Assembly: GCA_963772365.1 (NCBI GenBank)
Contig: CAVYXA010000001.1
Span: 128,001-192,000, forward strand
From: an uncultured Verrucomicrobiae bacterium
GTDB taxonomy: Bacteria; Verrucomicrobiota; Verrucomicrobiia; Chthoniobacterales; UBA10450
DNA length: 64,000 bases
Direction of reading: 5' to 3'
The notes under the pieces were generated by a model. That model was given only the letters and a program-made list of their open reading frames with translations, made no database searches and was not told the DNA's origin. Shown piece after piece: positions 50,397 to 61,017 of the stretch (position 1 is the stretch's first letter; each line of letters starts with the position of its first letter). The position numbers were made by a program, and so were the translations under genes.

Positions 50397-53300
50397 ATGA
50401 AAAGAAAGACTTCCGTCAAAAAATCGGATCGAACCACGATGGCAGTATGCGCCCTTATCTGCGGTGGCGTGGCCCTCGTTCATATTGTCGATGCTGCGCC
50501 ATTCGAGTCGGCGCGGGTTTCACGAGTGATTCAGGATGTGCGGTTACTGAAACCGAGTGCCCCGCCGCGGCCGGCCGTAGTAAACGACACCGTCACGCAG
50601 CAAACGGCGGTGCGAACAGGAGTTGAATCGCGCGTCGAACTAACATTTCCCGACTTAACTATCACACGCCTTGGGCAGAACACGGTGTTTAGTATGGTTC
50701 AAGGGTCCCGGGAAGTTCGCTTGGATTCCGGTTCCATTCTGTTGCAGGTGCCGCCAAACAGTCCGGCAGCAAGCATCAAAACCGGGGCAGTGACCGCTTC
50801 CATCTCGGGTGGGACTGCTCTGTTTGCGGTGGGGCCACCCGTGAAATTTATGGTGCTGGAAGGAATAGGCACATTCTTTCCGACCGGACATCGGGAGGAC
50901 GCGGTGACGCTTCATGGCGGTGATATGGTCATGAGGACTGCCGCTGGTCGCATCACCACACCGATGAAGTTTGACGTCTCACTCGTTCTGAAAACCTCCC
51001 ACCTGATCAGTGATTTTCCCGAGCTCGCCAATGTACCGCTAATTTTGAATGTAGTGAACCTGCAAGGAGGCGTTGGCGAACAGCCCGGCCCGCCGCCATT
51101 TAGAGACATTATTGAAGTTGCCGACCAACGATTTGCTGCATCGGAGACTCCCACACCGACTCCAAGTGCGACGCCAACACCAACCGTAACTCCGACTGCA
51201 ACTCCATCTGCTACGGCAACTCCAACCGCGACGCCGAGTGCCACGCCCACGCCCACCGCTACACCAAGTCCGACCGCCACTCCATCTGCTACGCCAAGCA
51301 AATACGGTACTCCATCTGTGATCAGTTCCCCGATTCCCTACACAATCACGTCGGGCACAGTTATAAACACTGACCCAGCCATCACCACCAATGGAGTTAC
51401 GGACTATGGAAAGATCTATCGCGGCCAACCTGATGGCCCATTCACAACCTGGGCGTTCGGTTCCACATCGCCATTTGATGTCGCCTTAAATATCGACACC
51501 GAATTTTTTGCCGATCCAAACCATTTGCCGATTGCGGTATTCAAGTTCCAGAGCCTTTCCTTGAATGGCAATCCTACGATCGACACGACAAATGGCGTCA
51601 CCCATCTGGGATTGGTGGGCGTAGATGGAATTACTTCCGGATCTCCTGGCGGTACGCTGACGTTCTCGGGGCTGGATGTGCTGCTATTGGCTACGGTGAA
51701 TGGTCCGATCAATCTGAGCTCCAATGTCTCATTCGCCAATCTTCCGCTGCTCGCCATGTATGCCCGTGGCACCGGCTCCGATCTCACGATTAATTCTCCG
51801 CTTTTAAATATTGGCGATCTGCGATTGGCGGCGGAGGGCTCCATCCACCTGATGAGAACTGGCAGCATGAGCACTGGCGCGATTCAGGCTACGGCTGGTC
51901 GCAGCATTGGTATGAATATAAGCGGCTCGTTGACGCTAAACGGCGTCGCCAGTTTTGAAACCTTGGTCCTCCCGGGGACAGCGGTATCAGGAGACATGAA
52001 TCTCAGCCTCGACATCGGCGGCAATTTCGTGAACAACTCGGCAGCCGATTTGACGCGGTTCCGAATCAGCAACGACGGCACTACAATCAATGGAAATGCC
52101 TCGATTCAAACTTCGGCCAACAACGTTTCGCTCGGAAATTCGCTTTTCGCCCTAATCGACAATCCGGGCGGACATATCACTGGAAGCGCAGACATCGGTT
52201 TTTTATCGCCCAATTTGACAACCGGCGGTGACGCAAGTTTCGACATCCGGAATCCCGCTTCGGGGAGCCCAGGGGGAATTATCGACGGCAACGGCGAAAT
52301 TCAGGTAACTGCATCGACGATTTCGACGGCCGGCCTTTTCGATGCAGAGATCGATAATTCCGGTCCTGTCGCGCCGATGGGTGCTAGCGCCGGCGGCACG
52401 ATCCTTGGTATTGCCGCGGTAAACGTATCCGCAACGAATCTTTCCAGCGGAGATTTGTCCGCGGCAATACTGAACCGTGGCGGCGGCACGATCGGCAGCC
52501 AGGCGCTAGTGAGTATTGGAGTCACCGATAGCCTGATGAGCAGTAATCTTTACACCCTCATCGATAACCGCGGGGGACAGATTGGTTCCGACGCTCTGAT
52601 CGATTTCTCCGGCAATGGAACGCTCAGCTCGCAAGGCGGCATGTGGTTCCAGATCTTAAATAACCCGTATCGGGAGGAGCGGGTGGCGTAATAAACGGCA
52701 TGGCGCTAATTGACATCGGTGCCTCCGGTCTCAACGCGGGCTCGCTTCTGGCGGAGATTGATAACACTTCTGGTCAGATTTCCGGCGCTATGGCCATCTT
52801 TTTCAATCTGTCGGGCAATGCCACGATAGACGGCGACGCAACCTTTGCTATTTATGGGAGGGATAGTCTCGGATCCGCAGAACCTGTAAGCGAAGGAGAT
52901 GGGTTGGCTCCTGTCGCACAGATTGGGATCAACGGCGGTAATTACGATGCGGGCGGGACATTTCTTGCCTCCATCAACCAGGATGGGGCGATCACGTTCG
53001 ACGGTTCAAGTGTTCACGCAGATGTGCTCAAGGCCGGAGTGTTCGGTTCAAATGGCACCATCACCATCGGCGGCGGCGGTACGCTCTCGGCTGATTCTAC
53101 CCTGAAGCTGTATGCCCCCGGTGGTAACGGACAGATTAATTTTATTTCGGATGTCACCCTTGGCGGCAGCGGCGCAAAGATTCTTGCCGCGAATTCGGTC
53201 ACCATCTCCGACGATGTCGTCGTCACAGTCGGCGGACCAGCGCCTGTTGATGTTTATACGAACAATGCCAATTACTCGGGTTTCGGCGGCAACGGAACCA

Positions 53301-53710
53301 CGAGTGGTATTTTTGACGGCCAGGGTGCAAATAATCCCCAGCCGCTGTCCAGTGCGCCTCCATTTAATGATCCACCAGGCGGCGAATCGACAACTGCCGG
53401 GGCCCAGAGCACTCATAATGGAAGCATTCCGCGAATTGTCGCTCGACACGGTGGAGATGGCTCGGTTCAAGATGGCGCCGCAAAAGGCGATGCATTGCAC
53501 GTTCGCAACAGCGACGAATTACTCGCTCTGCTGGATGATGCCGCTCCAAATCATGCCGGGAAAATTGTGGTCCCCCGTGGGAGAAACGCCGCCGGCTCGA
53601 AAAATCGGAATGGCCTGAACGAAGTTCGAGTGGAGAAAAGAACGCAACTCGATCGCGATCTTCAACGCCTGCGCGACCGACGACAACCGCACGTTGTCAT
53701 GGCGCAATAA
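50397..53710 (+). CDS. Paralogue of 46373-50206 (FecR plus beta-solenoid), split by one frameshift near 52670
   Basis: Both termini align by eye with the upstream paralogue; the alternative frame GGAGGVING reads into ORF 52700. Confidence 0.8.
51147..51299 (+). repeat. Pro/Thr-rich coding repeat (TPSA/TPTA/TPTP) linker
   Basis: About 50 aa here versus about 19 aa in the paralogue. Confidence 0.8.
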
Positions 53711-53715
53711 CTTCC

Positions 53716-54684
53716 ATGCGATATCAATCGCCGGTTGATTTTCAGTTAATTTGCGCGCTGCTCCTTGCTCCTTGGATCATTGTGGCGCAGACAAGCTTCG
53801 CGCAGACTGTTCAAACCGATCAACGCGAGTTGGTGCGAGGACAGGCGCCGTCGCCCTTTGCTCCCAATGTTCCGCCTGCCGGCACGGAAGCGGGGAATGC
53901 GGAGCCGATCGCGAGTGATGTCGATCTGGGCGAACAACAAATCTTAAAACGAGTCGAGGAATATCAACCGTTTACGGCATCGGTCGGCGTGCCGTTTTAC
54001 TGGACCTCAAATGTGGCTCTCACCTCCAGTGGCGAACAGGATGATTTCGTTGTGGCCCCGGCCGCGGCGGTGTTTTACGAGCCCCGAGTAAATCAAAACC
54101 TCTATGAGTTCCTCGGCGTTCGTCAGCAGTTTTTTTATTACGATCGGTTTGATTACTTTAATTTTGGCAGCTTCGACCTCGAAGTCGGCTTTCGATACCT
54201 AATCCCACACTGCCATAATCTGGTTTTGCGTTTTGAGTACCGATTTCAATCGGCTCACTGAAAAGGACAGCGCCGAAGCGTTTTATTCGGATCATCTCTT
54301 CATCGCCAATGCGGAAATTCCAATTCGCATTGGCCGCGCCCAAGCAGATCACTATTGGGAGTCAACGAAATTATCAGCGCCGCGGCTTGTCCGGAGACCC
54401 CGCGTCGCAACGATTACGAAGTGTACGCCGGTTACATTCGCAAATGTAAGTCGCGGGCTTTTAGCGTCAATGTGGCGGGCGCATTGTCCTGCGCGATTAT
54501 TACCACGAGGATTCGCGTGTCGATGTTAGCGAAATTCTTGCCTTGGGCGCGAACTATCGGGTAACGAGATATTTCACAGCCAGTGCCGTCGCTACTCTTG
54601 CCTCAAGCCGATCGAATCACAGCGTATTCGATTACGACGTGGCGAATTTGGGCGGCGTTGTATCCTTTTGCGATGCGATTCTAA
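53716..54684 (+). CDS. Probable outer-membrane beta-barrel protein (several frameshifts)
   Basis: Signal peptide; 'FYWTSNVAL..EQDDF' and alternating aromatic strands; reconstructed C-terminus ..GGVVSFAMRF* ends in Phe. Confidence 0.65.
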
Positions 54685-54829
54685 TCTCGAGGTAGAGATT
54701 GGCGGGTGATACAGTAAGGGCGCGTCTTTCAGTCTTTCCGTTGCTCTTCCACGTGGGAGAGACGGACGGACAGCGCCAGTGAGGGCAAAGGACTGGGTTT
54801 GGGAGAGGCAGATAGGGCGGGCAATACGC

Positions 54830-55767
54830 TGGAGCATCCGTGAGCTACTCGCGCCGCTCTCGTCGAGATATCCAGCGCCGAGCGACCAGTAGCGACGCGA
54901 GAGTCGCGAATGGTATGGGATCGAACGGCGCAGGGGGAAGATCGACAATTCCATTCCCGTCCATGCGTGCAGGTTGTCCACATAACGCCCATGCCTCGGC
55001 GCCGAAATCTTTCCGCAAATGCCTTCCATTCGACGTGGCAGATCACTCTTCGAAATTGGAATACCGTGACCACAACCAATAACGTTAGGCCGTAATTTGC
55101 GCGAGTGCGATCGATCGAGGAGCGCGCCGCATCCCAATCCAGGGTGAACGGTGCGGGCGGACGGTGACAATTGTTGCCGTCCGGTGAACAATCCCGCTCC
55201 ACGAATCCATATCTACCGATGGCAATTGCATCGCCAGCAATAAGGACTCCATCGGAAGGCCTGAAAAAATGAAATGTGACCGGGCGAATGACCGGGAGAT
55301 TCGGATCGATTCCCAGCCGGTCAGGCCGGGCAGTTCTCCATCCGGCAATTCTCGAACCGTTTCCCAAATCACTCGGGCGCGAGGGAGAAAACGCGACAGA
55401 AAAGCGAGAGCACCGCCCACGGTCGGATCGGCGGAGGATAATTCGATTTGCCGGTGAGATAGGGCAATTCCAGCCGATGAGCGTAGATCGTCACGTCCCA
55501 TTGTTCTGCTAATTCAATGCTGAGCCGGCATGATCCGAGTGACCATGCGTCAAAAAATAGCCTCCGGCCGTGAACCGTCGCCAAAGTGTGCTTCCGCTGC
55601 TTCAACAATCTCCATTGCCCGACCAGGAAAACCGGCATCGACCAAGTACCCATTTTCCGCCGGGTCGTCCGAGAAAATAAACATTGGCAAAGCTCACTGG
55701 CAGCCAGCCCACTTCCGGAGCGATGTCCGCATTGATCTCGTCCTTTCCGTCGGCCACTGATTTTCAT
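54830..55767 (-). CDS. MBL-fold metallo-hydrolase (several frameshifts; 3' end approximate)
   Basis: Hand translation 'WVLVDAG', 'IFLTHGHSDHAGS', 'LIAGDAI'. Confidence 0.75.
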
Positions 55768-56441
55768 GGGATGAACAAGCTTTGCCCGACCTTCAATTTC
55801 TCGGGATCGTCGATGTTTTTTTGTTAGCATCGAGAATCGCTTTCCAGTGAGGCGGCGTCTTGTAAAATTTTCGCGAGATCGATGCCAGCGTGTCTCCCGA
55901 TCGGCACGATGTAGGTCTGTCCTCCAGCTTTTTTAAAGCCTCCTGGCCGAATCGGACGGCGCCTGATTTTCTGGCACGCCCCGCGACGCGAGTTGAACGT
56001 TCTTCCAATTCCTTGCGCAACGCCAGATTCTCGTTTCGCAAGCGCGCGGCCTCGGCACGCGTGAGGACCGAATCGCCCGACAAGTCGTGAGCAACATCAC
56101 CTCATCGTGTTTCATGAGATGTTTCACCTCGTTTGCATGAGGGCCATCGGGACTAACGACGAGATAACGTTTGAAGTGATGCAGCGCATTGAGCGGATCT
56201 TTCATTTTGTCGTCATACACATCCGCCAGCTTATAATGAACTTCCGCGCAATGCGGGCTGTCGTCCAAGCGCCGCTTCATACAGATTGATCGCCCGCAAA
56301 AAATCACCCTGCGATGATTTTGCGATTGGCGTCTTTGACGAGTTGCGCATGCCGCGATGTCATCATGCGATTGCATCCAGCGAACAGCCCAGGCAGAATA
56401 AAACCCAGAGCGAAGATCGACAACTTGTCAGCGCGGTTCAT
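55764..56441 (-). CDS. TPR plus LysM lipoprotein (frameshifted)
   Basis: Lipobox FAGC; 'AEVHYKLA.VY..ALHHFKRYL'; LysM 'GDTLASISRKFY..W.AI.DAN..LKVGQSLFIP*'; ATGA-coupled to the MBL gene. Confidence 0.75.
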
Positions 56442-56459
56442 CTCGGCAATCTGCTCAAT

Positions 56460-57025
56460 TGTGAGACGTTACGCGCATTTCAATTTTTCGCGTGCCTCAT
56501 AGTCCTTTTTACAACGGGACATCGTCGATGGCCGCCAGTTCACCGTTGGCCAAGACTATCGGATCAAGTTCGTCGATCTCGATGGTAACACGATAGTCAC
56601 GAATGACGGCCACGTCAGCATCATTGTCCTGACCACTCGCCCGAATTGGCCGAAGACCAGGAGGTGGGAGATCGCGATTCCGGATTTTTATCTGGGTAAA
56701 CCCGATTATCGGTTGATCGCGGTCGTGGATTTTGGCGAACATAGCGCTCCCGTCCGTGCACTTGCTCAAAGCCGGTGCCCATTTTCGTCTGAACAGCTGC
56801 AGCACGACGAGCTCAGCCGCAGATATGATCGATAGAAAATATCTCGCGATCCGCGGTGAGAATATTTTCGCAGTCGCGGATTTTGACGGAACGGCGATCT
56901 CTCAATTTGGTTTTGAACTGGCGAGGGCTCTTTTCGGGTCTCTGTGTTCGATGGAAAAGGCGAACTGCGGGCGAAATGGAACGATGTGCCCGGGGCGCAG
57001 GAATGAGCTGCAAAAGCTCTCAAAT
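56460..57025 (+). CDS. Hypothetical protein (frameshifted; boundaries approximate)
   Basis: Protein-like segments in shifting frames: 'YRIKFVDLDGNTI..GHVSIIVLTT', 'IFAVADFDG'. Confidence 0.35.
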
Positions 57026-57030
57026 CAGCC

Positions 57031-58160
57031 TCAATATCTCGGCACGCTGGGATCGATCTTTTCCGACCAAGCGTCGATCCCGCCCTCGAGATTGAAAACA
57101 TTCCCCAGATCCACGTTCGCGGAGTAATCGCACTGCGGCTGCGCTCCGTTGGCCGCTGTGACAATGGACAATGATCGGTTGATCCTTTTTGAATTCGTCG
57201 CGCGGTTGGCCGATCTCCCGAAGCGGGATCAGTTTCGCTCCATCGATCCTCGCGATCTCGTGTTCGAATGCTTCCCGCACATCGATCAACTGGAATGATT
57301 CGCCGCATCCATTCTTTCGTTTCAATTCATGAACTGAAATTGCCGGTATCGAATCCTGCTTGCGCGGAATTCCGCAGAAGATTTCGTAATCAATCGGCTC
57401 AAAATTGTCGGGCTGTCGCCGCAAACAGGACAGTCCGGATCCCGCCGCAGATTCAATTCGCGGAACTTCATTTTCAAAGCGTCGAAATGCAACAGCCGCC
57501 CGACTAGCGGTTCGCCTGCGCCGAGAACCAGTTTGATCGCCTCGATCGCCTGCGATCAAACCGATGATCCCCGGCAATACACCCAGCACGCCCGCTTCCG
57601 CGCAATTGGGAACGCTGCCCGGGTCTGGCGGCTCGGGAAAAAGACAGCGATAGCACGGACCGCCCAAGTGCGGCGCGAAAACAGTGGCCTGTCCTTCGAA
57701 GCGAAAACGGAGCCATAGACATTTGGCTTGCGGGCGAACACACACACGTCGCTCGACAAATACCGCGTCGGAAAGTTATCGGAACCATCGACACTCACGT
57801 CGTATTGCTCGACCAGGCCTGAGAGCGTTCTGGCTGGTGAACCGGCATTCATGCAGTTCGAGATCGATGTTGGGATTGAGATCGTGCAACCGATCGCGGG
57901 CCGATTCCAATTTGCTTCGCCCTACGTCTTTTGTTCCGTGAAGGATTTGCCGCTGCAAATTGGTAAGATCGACATCGTCGAAATCGACCAGCCCAATCGT
58001 GCCTATGCCCGCTGCTGCCAGATATAGTGCCGCAGGTGAGCCGAGCCCGCCCGCGCCGACGCAGAGAACGCGCGCCGCTTTCAAGCGGCCTTGGCCTTCC
58101 GATTCCGACTTCCGGCATGATCAGATGCCGCGAATAACGAATCCGTTCGTCATCCGTCAT
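57031..58160 (-). CDS. moeB: MoeB/MoeZ-type adenylyltransferase with C-terminal rhodanese domain (several frameshifts)
   Basis: 'RYSRHLIMPEVG', 'VGAGGLGSP', 'NLQRQ', 'DGSDNFPTRY', 'PCYRC', 'LIDVRE', 'HCHSGQRS', '..IDPSVPRY*'. Confidence 0.9.
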
Positions 58161-58448
58161 TGTGAGTTTACCAGGTTCCATTTGATTCCCACGATCCGCT
58201 TGTTCTCGAATCGCTTCAACGATTTTGGAAAAATCAGATAACTGGCTGCTTTCGTTTTCTTTAAAGCCAACAATCCCAAATTCCGTTCCACTATCGCTTT
58301 TCTGAATCGTCATTACGTGATGATTCCTGATCGCCGGTTGGAGATGTCGATCCTGCGCCGGTTTTTGCCAAAGTGTGTAAGCTTCCGGTTTGCCCGCTTT
58401 TTCAACGGCTTCACTGAATCGTGCTGTCTTAACCTTGAGAAGTTTCAC
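58157..58448 (-). CDS. Hypothetical protein (frameshifted), coupled to moeB
   Basis: 'KTARFSEAVEKAGKPE.YTLW..' ending IVGIKWNLVNSQ* with ATGA overlap. Confidence 0.5.
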
Positions 58449-58517
58449 TGGTAGGGACCGACCGCCGGGCGGTCCTGGATTCAGGTGTTCGGCGCGCCCG
58501 GCGGTCGTGCCCTACCA
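58449..58517. repeat. GTAG-type REP doublet (REPIN-like)
   Basis: TGGTAGGGACCGACCGCCGGGCGGTCC ... GGCGCGCCCGGCGGTCGTGCCCTACCA. Confidence 0.7.
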
Positions 58518-58660
58518 ACAATCGCACTGCAAAAGTCCGCCAGGGAGCTACGGCAAGGAGGATCAAACTACCGTTGCTGCATTCCTGCCCTGGCGGGGTT
58601 CGTAAGTCCTCAATCCATAGCCCCTGACGGAAAGAAAGAGTCGCGCAACATCAACATCGT

Positions 58661-58762
58661 GCAAATGACGACAGAAATTTGGCGCCTCCGGCGCTTTTTT
58701 TACCAACGCGTTGCGGAGAACGCGTTGCACCTGCCATCGCAACGGTGGGATCGGCTTCTCCG
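58661..58762. repeat. Family A element copy 3 (right half followed by a left end)
   Basis: TTTGGCGCCTCCGGCGC..TACCAACGCGTTGCGGAGAACGCGTTGCACCT then GGTGGGATCGGCTTCTCCG. Confidence 0.6.
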
Positions 58763-58810
58763 ATATGCCAGTCCGGCTCGGACCGATGCTAATCAATCGG
58801 CAAAGTCGCT

Positions 58811-59021
58811 CTAGCCGTAACGGCAGGTTCGACTTAATTCGCGCCACATCCGTTTCGTGAACAAGTGCGGCTTTCCCCAACTGCCGTTTCCGTTTCGCAC
58901 GCTTGGAAGAAAGCAGATGCCGGCGCGAAGAATGCGCTCGTAAAACCTTGCCGCCCGCCGTGATCTTGAATCGTTTGGCAACGGCTTTTCTCGTTTTACT
59001 GCGGGCAATTGCTTTCGGCAT
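58811..59021 (-). CDS. rpmI: 50S ribosomal protein L35 (apparent 1-nt insertion just before the stop)
   Basis: MPK..KTRKAVAKRFKITAGGKV..HLLSSK..KRKRQL..; CCG T TAC GGC TAG would end the protein PYG*. Confidence 0.92.
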
Positions 59022-59147
59022 AGGGCGACAAAGATAGCACAGTTAGTGATTTGGCGAATTAAAGATTTCCCGATTAGACGGGGTGATTGAATGTAAGGAC
59101 GAATGCAGGCAAGAAATCGTTGAATTACTAAATCATTCAGTCGTTAA

Positions 59148-60419
59148 ATGAACACACGACCTCATGTCGTTATCGTGGGTGCTGGATTCGGCGGGCTTGA
59201 GGCCGCGAAAAAGCTCGCCTGCGAGGATGTCGATCTAACCATCATCGACCGGACTAATTATCACCTATTCCAGCCATTGCTTTATCAAGTGGCGACCGCT
59301 GCCCTATCGCCAGCCGATATCGCCGCGCCGATCCGGGCCGTGCTAAGCAAATGTAAAAATCTCGAGGTCGTTCTGGCTGAGGTCCAATCAGTCGATGTAG
59401 AGACGCGAAAATTGAAAATCGCCGATGGCGGCGAAGTCAGTTACGATTTCTTGATCCTTGCCACCGGCGCGCGGCATTCCTATTTCGGTCACAATGAATG
59501 GGAAAAAGTCGCACCCGGATTAAAAAGTCTCGAGGACGCGATCGAAATCCGCCGTCGTTTGCTCATGGCATTCGAATATGCAGAGAGAATCAAAGACGAA
59601 GCTGCGCGGAAAGCGGCGATGACTTTCGTAATAATTGGCGGCGGACCGACCGGAGTCGAATTAGCTGGCGCCATTGCCGAGATCGCCCGACACACTTTGG
59701 CGAAGGATTTTCGTCACATCGATCCATCACAGGCGCGAGTCATACTTGTCGAAGGCGAACCGCTCGTGCTCGCAGCTTATCCGGAAGATTTGCGGATCAG
59801 AGCAATGAAACAACTCGCGGATCTTGGCGTCGAAGTGCGGACTGGAATTCACGCTACGAATCTCACCGAGGCCGGTTTGCAGGTGGGTGACGAGTTTATT
59901 CCATGCCGGGTGAAAATTTGGGCAGCGGGCAATAACGCGTCATTTCTCGGCAAGACTCTCGGTGTGCCGGTTGACCGCGTCGGTCGGGTCGTAGTGAACG
60001 ACGACCTGACCATCCCCGGTCATCCTGAAGTGCAGGTCATCGGCGATCTGGCGAATTTTTCACATCAAACCGGGCAACCTCTCCCCGGGGTTTCGCCGGT
60101 GGCGATGCAACAAGGTCGTCATGCAGCGCAGAATGTTATGACGATCATCAGAGGCAACCCGCCAGAGCCATTCAGTTATTTCGACAAAGGCAGCATGGCC
60201 ACCATTGGCCGAAACAAAGCCGTCGCTGATTTGCGGTTCATTCATCTGAGCGGCCTGCTCGCCTGGTTAGCTTGGCTTTTTGTGCACATCATTTTCCTGG
60301 TCGGATTTCGGAACCGGCTGGCCGTGCTGTTTCAATGGGCCTGGGCTTATTTTTCCTTCAGCAAAGGAGCCCGCCTGATCACGCGCAATTTTCAGGCCGA
60401 ACATAGACCGCCGATGTAA
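59148..60419 (+). CDS. ndh: Type II NADH dehydrogenase family oxidoreductase
   Basis: 'GAGFGG', 'FQPLLYQVAT', 'GGGPTGVELAG', 'WAAG', 'IGD', 'A.QQG', 'DKGSMATIGR'. Confidence 0.9.
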   Translation: MNTRPHVVIVGAGFGGLEAAKKLACEDVDLTIIDRTNYHLFQPLLYQVATAALSPADIAAPIRAVLSKCKNLEVVLAEVQSVDVETRKLKIADGGEVSYDFLILATGARHSYFGHNEWEKVAPGLKSLEDAIEIRRRLLMAFEYAERIKDEAARKAAMTFVIIGGGPTGVELAGAIAEIARHTLAKDFRHIDPSQARVILVEGEPLVLAAYPEDLRIRAMKQLADLGVEVRTGIHATNLTEAGLQVGDEFIPCRVKIWAAGNNASFLGKTLGVPVDRVGRVVVNDDLTIPGHPEVQVIGDLANFSHQTGQPLPGVSPVAMQQGRHAAQNVMTIIRGNPPEPFSYFDKGSMATIGRNKAVADLRFIHLSGLLAWLAWLFVHIIFLVGFRNRLAVLFQWAWAYFSFSKGARLITRNFQAEHRPPM

Positions 60420-60421
60420 GC

Positions 60422-60515
60422 TTGTCATGTTGAGCGAAGCGAAACATCTCTCGCTTTTGTTTTCGCTTGGCGGACGAAAATGAAGTGAGATTCTTCGCTG
60501 CGCTCAGAATGACAA
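60422..60515. repeat. TGTCAT...ATGACA palindromic element, family B copy 1
   Basis: TTGTCATGTTGAGCGAAGCGAAACATCTC ... GAGATTCTTCGCTGCGCTCAGAATGACAA. Confidence 0.8.
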
Positions 60516-60970
60516 TCGATACATTGGTCGGTAAAATCCGTGTCCGAAATCTTCAGCGAACCATTCGGGTAAAGATTGTCGATCTTGGAAAGTTCGCCGA
60601 TCGCGCGCTGGAACAGTGCCTGAAGTTGCTGCCACCAGGGCCGAGCAGGCTAAAGCAATTGACGGAAGTTTTCGTGCTGCTGATTTCCGACCGCCGAATG
60701 GCACGATTGCATCGACAATTCCGCTACGAGCCTGTCCCCACCGATGTGCTGACGTTCGACCACGGCGAAATTTTCATCAGCGTTGAAACAGCGCGGCGAA
60801 ATGCCCGCCGATTCGGAACCTCGACCATTCAGGAAGTTCGGTTGTACATGGTACATGGCTTGCTTCACCTGCATGGATTCGACGATCGGACCAAATCCGG
60901 CGCTCAAAAAATGGAGCAGCAACAGAAAAAGATTCTGCTCGAAATCGGGCGGCTGGAGGGTTTGAACTGA
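60509..60970 (+). CDS. ybeY: rRNA maturation endoribonuclease YbeY
   Basis: 'PTDVLTF', 'GEIFIS', 'HGLLHLHGFDD'; start uncertain. Confidence 0.9.
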   Translation: MTIDTLVGKIRVRNLQRTIRVKIVDLGKFADRALEQCLKLLPPGPSRLKQLTEVFVLLISDRRMARLHRQFRYEPVPTDVLTFDHGEIFISVETARRNARRFGTSTIQEVRLYMVHGLLHLHGFDDRTKSGAQKMEQQQKKILLEIGRLEGLN

Positions 60971-61017
60971 ATGCCGCGTATGTTAGCCTTCTCCTGATGA
61001 CTGGCGAGCGACGGTTG

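Noticed and set aside
52700..53710. Independent 336-aa gene
   Set aside because: No signal peptide; it matches the C-terminal part of the upstream paralogue and joins ORF 50397 by one frameshift
45540..53710. Canonical FecIRA iron-signalling cassette or classical autotransporters
   Set aside because: No adjacent sigma factor or TonB-dependent receptor, no cytoplasmic anti-sigma domain, and no C-terminal barrel in the large proteins
58563..59021. 152-aa extended L35
   Set aside because: The extension results from an apparent 1-nt insertion before the normal stop and runs through repeat DNA
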